DNA of 63,780 nucleotides, filler included, from Octopus bimaculoides (Eukaryota): the NCBI RefSeq assembly GCF_001194135.2. It is 6 parts of 5 records of this genome, joined end to end, with 100 filler letters (N's around TTAATTAATTAA, not from the genome) between each part and the next. Parts side by side here need not be neighbours in the genome. Positions count along the whole stretch, not along the records: positions 52,063 to 59,000 come from NC_068995.1; positions 59,101 to 63,780 come from NC_068985.1; 4 more parts are not named here. One strand, written 5' to 3'. Made by a program: the position numbers and the translations under genes. Below are positions 52,216 through 63,780 of this stretch, piece by piece. The notes below the pieces were generated by a model. The model was not told the DNA's origin. It saw nothing but the letters and a program-made list of their open reading frames with translations, and searched no databases. The first letter of the stretch is position 1, and each line of letters begins with the position of its first letter.

Positions 52216-53675
52216 ATATATATATACATACACATATATATACACATATGCATACACATATACAAAGACACACTGACATTTACCTTCATATAGCGTCAGT
52301 GACAATGGTTGTATATGTATAAGTGCTCTACACGCCTGACCTCTTGCGGCGCTGGCAGCGATTGTCAGTGGTTGCATAGACATGCACATATGTTTCCATC
52401 CCTCTCAAAATACATACGCACACACACATATATAAATGGATGCGTATGCATCTACACACCCACCCACTAATGATCAACCACCATCTGTTAAAGCAAAAGA
52501 ATCATCCCAGCAAGATTCCTGCAAAGATTCCGTTTTCGATGTTGGTTTTTTTTCTATCATTATTTCCGCCATTAAACTTATTTTTTATTCTATCATTCCT
52601 GAATTTTAGAAATTTTTCTTTTTTCTAACATTTCTTCATAGACATATGTTCTAAAAATATGCATGTCATATACGTATGAATGTACGTATATATGTGTGTG
52701 TGTGTACGTATGTAAGTGTGTATGTGTGTATGTATACATATATATACAGGAATTAAAGGTAATGCTAATGCTGGTTCGTAATAATCCTTATTATTAATAT
52801 TGTGTGTGTGTGTGTGTGTGTGTGTGTAAGCACAGACAAACAAGCTATCCCTGCGTACCGAGTAGAATATCTCAGTCGCCCTCCATTTGGTAGGACTGGT
52901 CACCTTTCGGTTTCGTTTCTATTTGGGACTACTCAACAACGGTTGTGTAAACACCATCTTTGCCTATATAGTCAATACTGTTACGTACCTCTCAAAACTG
53001 GTGAATCAGATTTGCATAAAATTAAGTAGTTAAGAACGGTGCATGTGTATGCATGCATGTGTGTATGCGTGCATTTGTGTATGTGTGCATTTATGTGTAT
53101 GTGTGCATTTATGTGTATGTGTGCATTTATGTGTGTGTGTGTACGTGTTTGTGTTTGTTACCACGATGCATAACCACTGAGTTCGAACGCAAAATATAAG
53201 CTTTGTGAAATTCCACAGCCGCTGCAAGATCAACCTTGCATTTTTCCAAATATTTCTTGAATAAAACATCAATTCTTGAAAGATCAAGACAGCTTCATCA
53301 AAATGCTATCTTTAGCAATATCCCAAACAGCAGCACGAATTAAATGCCAAGGCTAAATTATTTTCTCGTTTGTTCCATTAAACAGAATTAAATCGCCATC
53401 CGCAGGTCAAGAAGACCATTTGTATTCCGCCACAAATATTTATCGAGTTTGTAAATATCATTTTATAGAAATCTGCTGAAATGCTAAGAGAGTCTCAACA
53501 TAACTGGTTTCTTTTTCTTTTCTTTTTTCTCGTGTTTTTTTTTCTTCATAAACTCCCCCCTCCATTTCTTATTCTTCTTTCTCTTCTGCTTTTTCTTCTT
53601 CACTTTCATTATTCTCAACTTACGCATTTCTTTTCCTTTTTTTCCTCTTTTCTTCTCTTCTAGTCGAACTCTTAT

Positions 53676-53714
<39 letters not shown>

Positions 53715-53858
53715 TTTCCGTTCGTTATATTACATTTATCCAAACATTGCTACTTGTCTTCTTCCGCAACCAATAATATTTCGTCAATGATTACTTCATG
53801 ATCACCTGACTACAATCGATCAGTGTTATACAGTATTTATGTGTTTGTGTGTTTGTAG

Positions 53859-54038
53859 GTTTGATAAAAGTTTTAAAATGATAATGAGACATTCCCTTCG
53901 TCAGCTGTGGTGTATTGGAGGCATTACGATTTTGATACTTATCGATATTATTACTCCTTTAGACGTGCTGCACAAAACACATGCTCTAAGAAAATGTCTG
54001 GGTTGTATTGACCCTCGCCCCATAACAACAGGCTTCGC
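53859..54038 (+). other. Candidate first coding exon with a signal-peptide-like N-terminus
   Basis: TGTGTTTGTAG acceptor, AAAATG at 53878, MIMRHSLRQLWCIGGITILILIDIITPLDVLHKTHA-LRKCLGC; possible donor GC|GTGCGT; no homology recognised. Confidence 0.25.
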
Positions 54039-55381
54039 GTGCGTGATTGTGTGCATGCATGTAACTTAGTACAATAAACAGTAAAAATGACGAGGCAATT
54101 GTGTAGTGGAATCATTCCAATTTCGATAACTTTGCTGGTTATTTCTTCCTGTGCTTTTAGCATTCTTCTGTTAAATGCCGTATCTCGTGTGATATTTTAT
54201 TCTTTCCACTGAGTTGTACGAAACAAAGCTCGACTCTCCTTCCTAAATCATCCGTGACTTTGTCGCTCTAACTACAATCCTACTTCCATCCCAAGTATAT
54301 ATAGGTGCAACGACGCGCACGCGCTATTTTTCACAACTATATATACATACACATCCGTATACATACATATATACATATGTGTGTGCGTACTTACATACAT
54401 ACAATTAAATATATGAAAGTATGTAGGTGGGTGAGCTGGTAGGTAGGGGCCAGTGTGCATGTATACGTGCATGTATGCATTTCTGTCTTTTTCCTCAGAC
54501 TCACATTCTCAAAGATTCACATTCCTTCTGTGATTTTTTTTTCAGTAACATGCTGAAAGCAAAAGCAATTTACCAATTTTCTTCACCAATTTTTTTTTTC
54601 TACAAAGCGCTTCCTAGACGAGATGAAGCATGTATTAATATAGGTAATACTAACACAGCACACAGCAGGAGGGATTATATGTTCGAGTGTGCGCATATAT
54701 ATATATATATATATGTGACTGTATACATGTATACGTATATATATATATATATATATATATAGGTGTGTATGACTGTATACATGTATATGTATATATGCGC
54801 TGTGTACATGTAAATGTATATATATATATATATATATATGTATAAGCATATATTATGCATACAGTATGCATATATACGTATGTTTGTATGTATGAATGCA
54901 GGTATGACTTCTGTATATATGCATGTATGTATGTATTCATACATAAACAAATATTTAAGCTGTATGTTTATTCAGTTTGTTGCTAAAATGACTTCCATCC
55001 ATCTCTACCATTTAAAGAAGCACCTGTATTTCTCACTACCTCATTCCGTTGTCATCAATTTTTTATCTCTCTCTCTCTCTCTCTCTCTCGCCCCCTCTCT
55101 CTACCTATTTCTCTCTGTGTGTCTCACATCCCCCCTCTCTCTCTCTTACTTCTACCTCCCCGTCAACGTGCCGACGAGCATCTTCCTTTTTCTTCTATAT
55201 ATATTTGTCTTTTGTGTTTTTTATGCATGCATGCGCATAGCTGTGTGTTTTTATCTATCTTCTTGTAGCCTCCTGCACCTAATCCTCTTTCGGATGTGTA
55301 TATGCTTGTATCTGTGTGTGTGTGTGTGTACGACGGTATATTTATATATAGAATCATACGCCTATGTATGTATGTATGAAC

Positions 55382-55412
<31 letters not shown>

Positions 55413-56289
55413 TGTATGTACGTGTTTATCTGTATTTCTCAAGATAACAATGTCAGTTACCCGTTTCAGTTGTTCTCATTAGTGAAGTAGGCAGGTCTTT
55501 TTCTCGGGTAATTCAATATATTAACCAGCGATCAAAAGTTGGAGCTTAGTTGAGAAAAGTTTACCTATCTTGACACCAAGGCACAGACCACTGCGTCTTA
55601 CCAGCACTAGCAACTTCGTTTTTCCACTGGCAACAAATCTTTCTTTTAAAAATGACTGAAGTCAGGGTGAGTTATCACATTTTAATGATTTCGTTGCATT
55701 ATAAACGATCTCCTATATTCGAAATCCTTTTTATTGCTACACATATATATTTAGTTAATTAGTTGATTAGTAAATTAATAATTTATTTTGTTGTTTCGTT
55801 TTACTTTTAGTTTTGTATCTTCCAAAATGTATCTAACATTATTCTATTTTAATTCATTTTATAATTTTTAATTACGAAGTTTTGTTTAACCGTTTGTTTT
55901 TATATATTTATTTTATTCGTTTTTATATATTTATTTTGTCTTTGGTGGAGTTTTTTTCTCCTTCGGATGTTCACTTTTAGCTTTCAATGGTTTTTTTTTT
56001 TTTTTTTGATATTTTCCTTCTGATTTTGACAAAACAGACAAAAAAGACAGGGTTCCTCTGTTGCTTTTTTCTTTTATTTTCTCTGACTATTTCAACAATT
56101 CCTCGAGGGCTAAACTCCAGTTAAAATGTAGCATTACAGGAGATAATCAAAATACGTTATTGCTAAGAATATGTAGAAAAGTATCCAAACACCAAGTCAT
56201 GAGCCACTTATTAAAGTCAATAAGAAGACTTAAGAATTTATGTTAGTAGTAGTAGTAGTAGTAGTAGTAGTAATAATAATGATTCTTTC

Positions 56290-56720
56290 ACGTCTTCGTA
56301 CAATGTCAGAAATTTTGAGGGGAGTGGGTTAATCGATTAATTGAATGGTAATTTATTTTATCGACCCCCCCCCCNNNNNNNNNNNNNNNNNNNNNNNNNN
56401 NNNNAAATAAAAGGCAACGTTGTCATTAGCGGGAATTAAACATAGAATGTAAAGAGACGAAAGAAAGGCGGTTAAGAATTCTGCTGAATCACCAATAAAA
56501 TTAATCGTTTCATATTTGGGGCAGAATGCCATCAATTTTAGGGAAATTGGGGAGTGGGTAGAGTAACCCCCACGACTTGACTGTTATCTCATTTCATCGA
56601 ACTCAGGGAGATGAAAGGAATAGAGGATTCCGACGGCATTTGAAATCACAATGTAGAAAACGAAAACACCTTTTGTAATTCATTTCTGTTCCGTTCTGAT
56701 GATTCTGCTAATTTTCTGCC
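56290..56720 (-). mobile_element. Two degenerate SINE family A copies
   Basis: TTTATCGACCCC / TTTCATCGAACTC..GATGAAAGG bodies and CTGC head remnants. Confidence 0.55.
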
Positions 56721-57464
56721 TCAATAAACCAAAAGATAATAAGGGTATATGAACTATTGTCGACTCTGACAGGATTTGAACCCAAAATCTAGGATATTCA
56801 TATATTTGTGCAGTGTTATTTTTCGCCACATTAATGGAATTAATTATATAATTATACGTCTTCTAATTTGGGAACCCACTTGGGTTTTTGAAATAATAAA
56901 GAAAAGGAGATTATAGAAGCAGACGATATGTCAAGCCTCCTGTCAAAGACAAATCAAAACATCATCATCATTATAATCATCGTCATCGTAATCGTCAACG
57001 TTGTCGTCGTCATCGTCATCATCAACGTCTTCTGCAGCAGCAGCATCATAAGTAGCAGTAGTAGTAGTAGTAGTAGTAGTAGTAGTTGTCGTAGCAGTAG
57101 CAGCAATAGTGGTAGTGATGTGGTGGTAGTGGTGGTGGTGGTAGTGGTGGTGGTGGTGGTGGTAGTGGTGGTGGTGGTGGTGNNNNNNNNNNNNNNNNNN
57201 NNNNNNNNNNNNNNNNNNNNNNNNNNNNNNNNNNNNNNNNNNNNNNNNNNNNNNNNNNNNNNNNNNNNNNNNNNNNNNNNNNNNNNNNNNNNNNNNNNNN
57301 NNNNNNNNNNNNNNNNNNNNNNNNNNNNNNNNNNNNNNNNNNGAATTAACACTTGGATAAGGAATACATTCCATCATTGTTATGTTGTCTTAAATGCAAA
57401 CCCTTGGAATTTTCAGTCCAACTCGACCCAGCATTATAGATTTATGGGATTCATATTTTAACAT

Positions 57465-57600
57465 TACGAGTTCAAATGCCGCCGATGTCATTTTCACCTT
57501 TCAATCTATCGGGGCTGATATAGTAAAGTAGTAGTCAAGTACTGAGGCTGATGTTATCGACTAACCCCTTTCCCTGAAAATTGCCGATCTTATGTGCATT
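57465..57600 (+). mobile_element. SINE family A fragment
   Basis: GAGTTCAAATGCCGCCGA...CCTTTCAATC. Confidence 0.6.
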
Positions 57601-57625
57601 ATTATTATTATTATTATTATTATTA

Positions 57626-58053
57626 CTTTTAATCTGCATGTTTGTTACAACCACTCGCCGAGACACACCCAGCGTCCTAAGGCGAGTGAAGGATAAGAGA
57701 TGTCATAGTATGACTGAAAGCTTGGGGAGGAGAAGTGGCAGGGGGCAGTAGCGAAACATCTTCATGTAAAATATTAATGAATAGGGTTTTTTCTGAGGAT
57801 GTAGGCAGTACTTGTCAGCATTATCTTTTGGATTTCTCTGAGATATGGTTCTCCTGGGATCTTATCTAGATGGCTTTCATATCCCCTTTTTTATCATACC
57901 TAGAGCACCCACAATAACAGGAACAGTTCTCGCTTTAAGATGCCACATCTTTTGTATTTCAATTTCCAGGTCCTTATACTTACTTATTTGTCAGATTCCT
58001 TTACAGATATATTTTTATCAGTGAGAACACTTACATCTATTAGTGTACAAGTT
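57626..58053 (-). mobile_element. R4/Dong-like LINE, 5'-truncated RLE C-terminus + 3' UTR, bounded by (TAA)n on both sides
   Basis: KTCTLIDVSVLTDKNISVKESDK/SKYKDLEIEIQKMWHLKARTVPVIVGALGMIKK...EIQKIML.STAYILRK; (TTA)n at 57598-57625 and 58054-58074. Confidence 0.85.
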
Positions 58054-58084
58054 TTATTATTATTATTATTATTAGAGTGGTCAA

Positions 58085-58250
58085 TGTTTAGCGTTTCGTC
58101 TGTCTTTATGTTCTGAGTTGAATTCTGCTGAGATCGACTTTGCCTTTCATCCTTCCTGGGTCGATAAATTAAGTACATATAAATCGAACAGTCCCCTCCC
58201 CCACAAAATTTCACGCCTTGTGCCTATAGCAGAAAGGATTGTTATTGTTG
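58085..58250 (+). mobile_element. SINE family A
   Basis: GTTCTGAGTTGAATTCTGC...GCCTTTCATCC...GGTCGATAAATTAAGTAC. Confidence 0.8.
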
Positions 58251-58546
58251 GTGGTGGTGTTATTTTTTCCCTTCATTTCGGTTTATGCGCAGTGACTCCC
58301 GAGTATCAACCAGTTACTTCGGTCACTAATCGTTGGTGTTGATTCAACAATTCATATCACAGACGTTTACAGGAAAAACAAACATTTAAAAAAAATAAGT
58401 ATAGAAAGATGGCGGGTGGGATAAGAAGTGCAAAAGGCGGGTTCATTTCGATTTTAGGATACTTGAATGGCTTTAAAGATCAATTAAATTTTCTATAAAA
58501 ATTAAACAGAAGAATGTGTTTTCACATGCATTACAATTATTATTAC

Positions 58547-58700
58547 TTTGCTTTTCATCCCTTCGGGAGTCGATAAATTAAGGACCTGGATCGATGTAAT
58601 GAACTATTCTCCACTCCCCCAACCCCACACCCCGCCAGCAACAACACCAACAAAACCAAATTTCAGGCCAAGTGACTATAGTAGACAAGATTATTATTAT
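58547..58700 (+). mobile_element. SINE family A, 3' half
   Basis: TTTCATCCCTTCGGGAGTCGATAAATTAAG...AAATTTCAGGCC. Confidence 0.7.
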
Positions 58701-59100
58701 TATTATTATTATCATTATTATTATTATTATTATTATTAAGGCCTAAATCAGAATATGTTTTTTGTCCAGAATTGGCAATCTTGTCACAGAAATAACTTCA
58801 GATTCATTGTAGGGCTGTCTGAAAGGGTGAGGGAGGATTGGTTCCATAGAATCTTCGAATTGTCATTTGTATGGGGGGGGGATGGTTCATATGCGAACCA
58901 TTCTATGACTCTTCATAAAGATGGCGCGAAAAAGACATTTCGTTTATGGAATCGTTGATGTTGGTTAACTGCATGACATCTTATAAAGATAAACACACAC
59001 NNNNNNNNNNNNNNNNNNNNNNNNNNNNNNNNNNNNNNNNNNNNTTAATTAATTAANNNNNNNNNNNNNNNNNNNNNNNNNNNNNNNNNNNNNNNNNNNN

Positions 59101-59356
59101 TAAACAATTCCTATCATAGTAGGCACCTTAGGTATGATAAAATAATATTCAGACAAATACATAACAAAAACACCAGGACTTACAAATATATATAACATAC
59201 AGAAAATTGCACTACTGGGTACTGCACACATTCTACGCAAAACACTTTCAATACAGTAAACATAAGAGCACCACAGCAAACCACAGCACATACCCAAGGC
59301 GCACAGAGCTGCGCTCGGTAGTGAAGTGAAAGCACGTTATAAAAATAAAACTACTG
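59101..59356 (+). mobile_element. R4/Dong-like LINE 3' end with 3' UTR and (AAT)n tail
   Basis: TIPIIVGTLGMIK*YSDKYITKTPGLTNIYNIQKIALLGTAHILRKTLSIQ*. Confidence 0.85.
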
Positions 59357-59395
59357 AATAATAATAATAATATTAATAATACTAATAATAATAAT

Positions 59396-59551
59396 GGAGA
59401 AACTTTCAAAATACAAAGACCTGGAAATAGAGGTAACTCGAATGTGGAATCTAAAAACATAAACAATTCCTATCATAGTAGGCACCTTAGGTATGATAAA
59501 ATAATATTCAGACAAATACATAACAAAAACAACAGGACTTACAAATATATC
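59396..59551 (+). mobile_element. Second, tandem R4/Dong-like fragment
   Basis: EKLSKYKDLEIEVTRMWNLKT*TIPIIVGTLGMIK*; 59460-59550 nearly identical to 59101-59191. Confidence 0.85.
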
Positions 59552-59690
<139 letters not shown>

Positions 59691-59779
59691 ACACAGTAAG
59701 TCTAGAATAATTCATATATTTGCTTGGTTGCGATACAACTTGCATTTGCTTCGCATTGTTCCGGCCTTAGCCATAATCC

Positions 59780-61200
59780 TTTACTACTATTTCATTTATT
59801 GGTCACTAGGACCTACATATAGGGAACAATACAGTAGACGTGCACAATGGAGATTTTACACAAAATAACGAGTACATAATTAAAACAATGGCAATAATAC
59901 CAAGCAAGAAGAATATAACGAAAACCTGGGTCTGGCTCAGGCACCCCACCAATCCTGAACCACTCGACGCTTCGAGGGCAGCCGTGAAAAGCACTCTTCT
60001 CCCTCAAAAATTCCTAGCCTACAGGCGTATTATTAGAGTAGGCCCATTCACACTGACCACTTTCTCTACGTTCACCCACCCCTATGCAAATGTACTGGTG
60101 GGAAGCACTTCTCTCTGCACTCGGATCTTCCTTTCCAAATGAAATTTGAAATAGTTGATGAGGGATTGGCCGAAGAGAAAAGTGTTTGTCTTCAACCCTT
60201 TCAACCCTGTCCAACATACAACATCTTTCGCACATGCTGTCAGACAAAAGAAAATTGCCTGTCCTTCCGGACCAATGGAAGGCGGCGGATCGATCTTCAC
60301 TATGGACTCGGGCGATACCCGTATCCGTCCTACACGTGATAACAGCTGTTCAACATAACTCCACAAGTCAGTAATGCATGGACATTGGACGAATTCGTGC
60401 AGAAAGGCTTCGTCGCACTGCGAAAATCACAGGATGTCCGTCTGACAGCAGTTCCATGCCTATAGAGTTTATCTCGAACCGGTAGATCCGCCCGGTAATA
60501 CTGGCAAGCTAGGGATTTCTGGAAGTTATCCATCGTCCCCGGCCCGAAAGTCCTCCTGATCANNNNNNNNNNNNNNNNNNNNNNNNNNNNNNNNNNNNNN
60601 NNNNNNNNNNNNNNNNNNNNNNNNNNNNNNNNNNNNNNNNNNNNNNNNNNNNNNNNNNNNNNNNNNNNNNNNNNNNNNNNNNNNNNNNNNNNNNNNNNNN
60701 NNNNNNNNNNNNNNNNNNNNNNNNNNNNNNNNNNNNNNNNNNNNNNNNNNNNNNNNNNNNNNNNNNNNNNNNNNNNNNNNNNNNNNNNNNNNNNNNNNNN
60801 NNNNNNNNNNNNNNNNNNNNNNNNNNNNNNNNNNNNNNNNNNNNNNNNNNNNNNNNNNNNNNNNNNNNNNNNNNNNNNNNNNNNNNNNNNNNNNNNNNNN
60901 NNNNNNNNNNNNNNNNNNNNNNNNNNNNNNNNNNNNNNNNNNNNNNNNNNNNNNNNNNNNNNNNNNNNNNNNNNNNNNNNNNNNNNNNNNNNNNNNNNNN
61001 NNNNNNNNNNNNNNNNNNNNNNNNNNNNNNNNNNNNNNNNNNNNNTCCACAAGAATTTGAAGAGGAGGCGCTCCAGCTTGGAGTGGCGTGAAAGGGGCAA
61101 AGCACAGTGGTCAGGCAGTAGTCGATGGCGAACGCGCTGTACGCACTCATCACCTCCACCCGACCTTTCAGTGACAGCTTCATGGCAGCTCATTTCTTAA
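59780..61200 (-). mobile_element. Tx1/L1-clade LINE, post-RT C-terminus, zinc-binding region and 3' UTR (N gap inside)
   Basis: LSLKGRVEV...SKLERLLFKFLW; YYRADLPVRDKLYRHG...HALL; WSYVEQLLSR...FKFHLERKIRV; minus-strand AATAAA at 59795-59800. Confidence 0.8.
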
Positions 61201-61224
61201 AAATAAAAACAGTTTCAAATTTTT

Positions 61225-61337
61225 CCACAAAGGCAGCCATTTGGGAGAGGGAATGAGTTGATTACAACGACGCCTGTGTTTTACTGGTACTTAATTTATC
61301 GTCCCCGAAGGGATGAAAAGCAAAGTCGACCTCGGTA
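61225..61337 (-). mobile_element. SINE family A, 3' half
   Basis: CTGGTACTTAATTTATCGTCCCCGAAGGGATGAAAAGCAAAGTCGACCTCGG. Confidence 0.8.
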
Positions 61338-61529
61338 GGATAACGTATGAGGGCATGCACTGTAAGTAGGAATTCCTTTAATGCATAATTATATTTGATT
61401 TTCGTTTTGGTGTACTCTATATATGAATGCATGTAATGTCTGTCTTTTTACATGGACATTAAGAATAACATTTTCAGTTGTATTTCTGTAAAAAATGAGT
61501 ATCAAAATATTTCATAAAACCTGTTCTGC

Positions 61530-61747
61530 AATTTAGCGTGACACAGGCACAACAGAAACATGAAGTAAGAGTGAGAGAAAGTTGTGGTGAAAGAGTACAG
61601 CAAGGTTCGCCACCAACCCCTGCTGGAGCCTCGTAGAGCTTTAGGTGTTTTCGCTCAATAAACACTCACAACGCTCGGTCTGGGAAACGAAACCGCGATC
61701 CTATGATCGCGAGTCCGCTGCCCTAACCACTGGGCCATTGTACCTCC
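61530..61747 (-). mobile_element. tRNA-derived SINE, 3'-truncated, abutting the Tc1 left TIR
   Basis: Minus strand GGAGGTACAATGGCCCAGTGGTTAGGGCAGCGGACTCGCG...GGTTTCGTTTCCC tRNA-like head. Confidence 0.75.
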
Positions 61748-61748
61748 A

Positions 61749-63145
61749 CATACCAATACTATATTTGCATAAACATGCATAAACTAAGAATATGCAAAAG
61801 AAACTAATAAATTATAGTAACTAAAGAAGTTATATATATATATTTAGGGGTAAAAAAAGTATTTGTACAGTATAAATTTATGATTTTCTATGCCACAAAA
61901 TACTGTTAAAATAATTTTTTTGTACTAGAACTTTCTCGTTTGTTCCAATAATCTTATCACTAGTCATTTTTAAGTGTCAAAACGCTAACTTCTCCATTCA
62001 GCACTGAGACAACATAAAGTATTGCCGTAATAATGGCGAAAAGTAAAGAACTCACAAATTCAGTGAAAAACTTAATTATTGAACAGTGGAAAGCAGGTAA
62101 AAGTTACAGGAAAATATCAGAGACCCTTTGTATTCCATTTTCTACCATATCTTCATTTATTCCAAGATATAAAAAATCGGGAACTGTTGAAAACAGAATA
62201 AGATCCCGTGCGCCACGCAAGATTTACCCTAGATCTTTAAGAGAAATGAAGCGAAGAATCGAAAAAAAAAACACTGTGATCACCAGAAAAGAGTTGCAAG
62301 AAGATTTGTTAGCTTCAGGGACTAGTGTTACACTATGAACAATCAGCAATGTACTTCATAGGAATGAAATGTAGTCATGCTCTCCAAGAAAAATTCCACT
62401 GTTGACTAAAAGGCATAAAGATGCCTGTTTAAAATTTGCTTATGTACATAAAGGTAAATCTGATACATTCTGGGAAAATGTTCTATGGACAGACGATTCA
62501 AAAATTGAATTGTTTGGACGAAATTCACGTATCCATGTTTGGAGGAAAGATGATACCGCCTATTTCATGAAAAACACAATTCCTACCGTAATGTTTGGAG
62601 GTGACAACATCATGGTGTGGAAGTGTTTCTCTGCAAATGGCGCTGGCAATTTACATGTGATAGATGGTAGAATCAATGCAGAGATGTACCAAAATATTTG
62701 AAACAATAATTTATGAGACTCTGTAGAAAAGCTCCAGCTTTGTGAAGGGTGGATTTTACAATGAGATAACGACCCTAAGCACACGGCAAAGTTTACCAAA
62801 AAATGGATTGTTGATCAAAATATAAAATTATTAGAATGGCCAAGACTGTCACCTGACTGAACCCCATTGAAAATTTGTGGTGTTATTTGAAAATTAAAAT
62901 TCATTGAAGAGCCTCAACGTGCATTCCAGATTTGAAGAAAATTTGTCAAAAAGATTGGGAAAATTCACCCCTAAATATTTATAATTGTATATAAATTCAT
63001 TAATTACTATAATTTATTAGTTTTTTTTGCATTTTCTTATGCATGTGTATGCAAATGTAGTATTGGTATATCCTATTTATATTCATTAGAAATTAAATAA
63101 ATAAAGAATTTTGACATGTACGAATATTTATTTCCTCTCACTGTA
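61749..63145 (+). mobile_element. Tc1-family DNA transposon (DD34E), pseudogenised, long inverted repeats
   Basis: ATG 62033; HTH N-terminus, VLWTDDSKIELFG, GGDNIMVW, DNDPKH, SPD[L]NPIENLW with D-x34-E once a 1-bp deletion is restored; several stops; 61749-61851 inverted at 62968-63070; right end CACTG|TA at 63143. Confidence 0.93.
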
Positions 63146-63780
63146 TATACATTGAAGGTAAGCGTATCTTTCCGGACAGATGTGTTTTATACCTATATCA
63201 TTACTAAATTCTATAGCTGTAAGTCGGTTGAAAAACGTAATCCTAATATCATTATTCTTGGTCATCCTACTGACAGAAATATGCATTCTTCTTCATACTG
63301 CATTTATCTTGAGAACTCCAACGTGAGAATGGTAAGCAGCGGGGATGGGCATATTTTCTCATTCGCCTCCGATGAGATCTAAAAAGAAATATTTTGCGAA
63401 ACGAAGGCAAATAATGAATTAAGTATTAAGGACTGACATTTTGGAACATATTCTTCAGATTGGAACACATCTTTTTCATCTTCAAGTATCTTTGTAACAA
63501 CCAGCAAACAAATGTAGAGGAAATGTCTTCAGTATTTATTTAATAGAGCAAAAACAATTCACTTTCATTTTTAATTGTTCCGAAGTAATTTAATTACTTT
63601 TCTCTGCAAAATAGGGATAGTTTATCCTGTTCAGGCTATATTATTAGCATTATTCTGCGATTGAGAACTTAAAATCACTTCTTTAACTTTCTAAAAGACA
63701 TCTCAACACTTCTAAAAGCAAACTTCGTTTGTTTATTTACGTTTGTCGTAATTTAAATTTAATATATATATATATATATA

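Noticed and set aside
53070-53135. 18-bp tandem repeat ATGTGTGCATTTATGTGT
   Set aside because: Derivative of the surrounding (TG/TA) microsatellite; ordinary slippage product.
63190-63400. Minus-strand acceptor TTTCTTTTTAG with a basic peptide SHRRRMRKY...
   Set aside because: All frames close within about 40 codons and no good donor is present.

Overview
AT-rich, repeat-dominated eukaryotic genomic DNA from a fragmented draft assembly, with many N gaps and microsatellites. The SINE/LINE repertoire looks like an octopus (coleoid cephalopod) genome; this is inferred from remembered repeat families, not confirmed. No host protein-coding gene, rRNA, intact tRNA or CRISPR array can be supported. 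All long ORFs in the track are artefacts of N gaps or microsatellites. Recognisable content: many copies of two tRNA-derived SINE families (called A and B here) plus a few other tRNA-headed SINEs; decayed non-LTR retrotransposons of five kinds (CR1-like, RTE, RTE-BovB, R4/Dong-like with a restriction-like endonuclease, Tx1/L1-like); several Penelope-like (PLE) fragments; a decayed DD34E Tc1 transposon; and a pogo/Tigger-like non-autonomous element. The most interesting signal is a set of minimal type I hammerhead ribozyme motifs. One has every core nucleotide intact and sits in what looks like a chimeric element (Pol III B-box, (AAT)n linker, hammerhead tail). That family occurs at two loci as a fold-back inverted repeat. 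Four low-confidence candidate exons are noted. Five identical 44N-TTAATTAATTAA-44N blocks are artificial scaffold joins, so order across them is uncertain.
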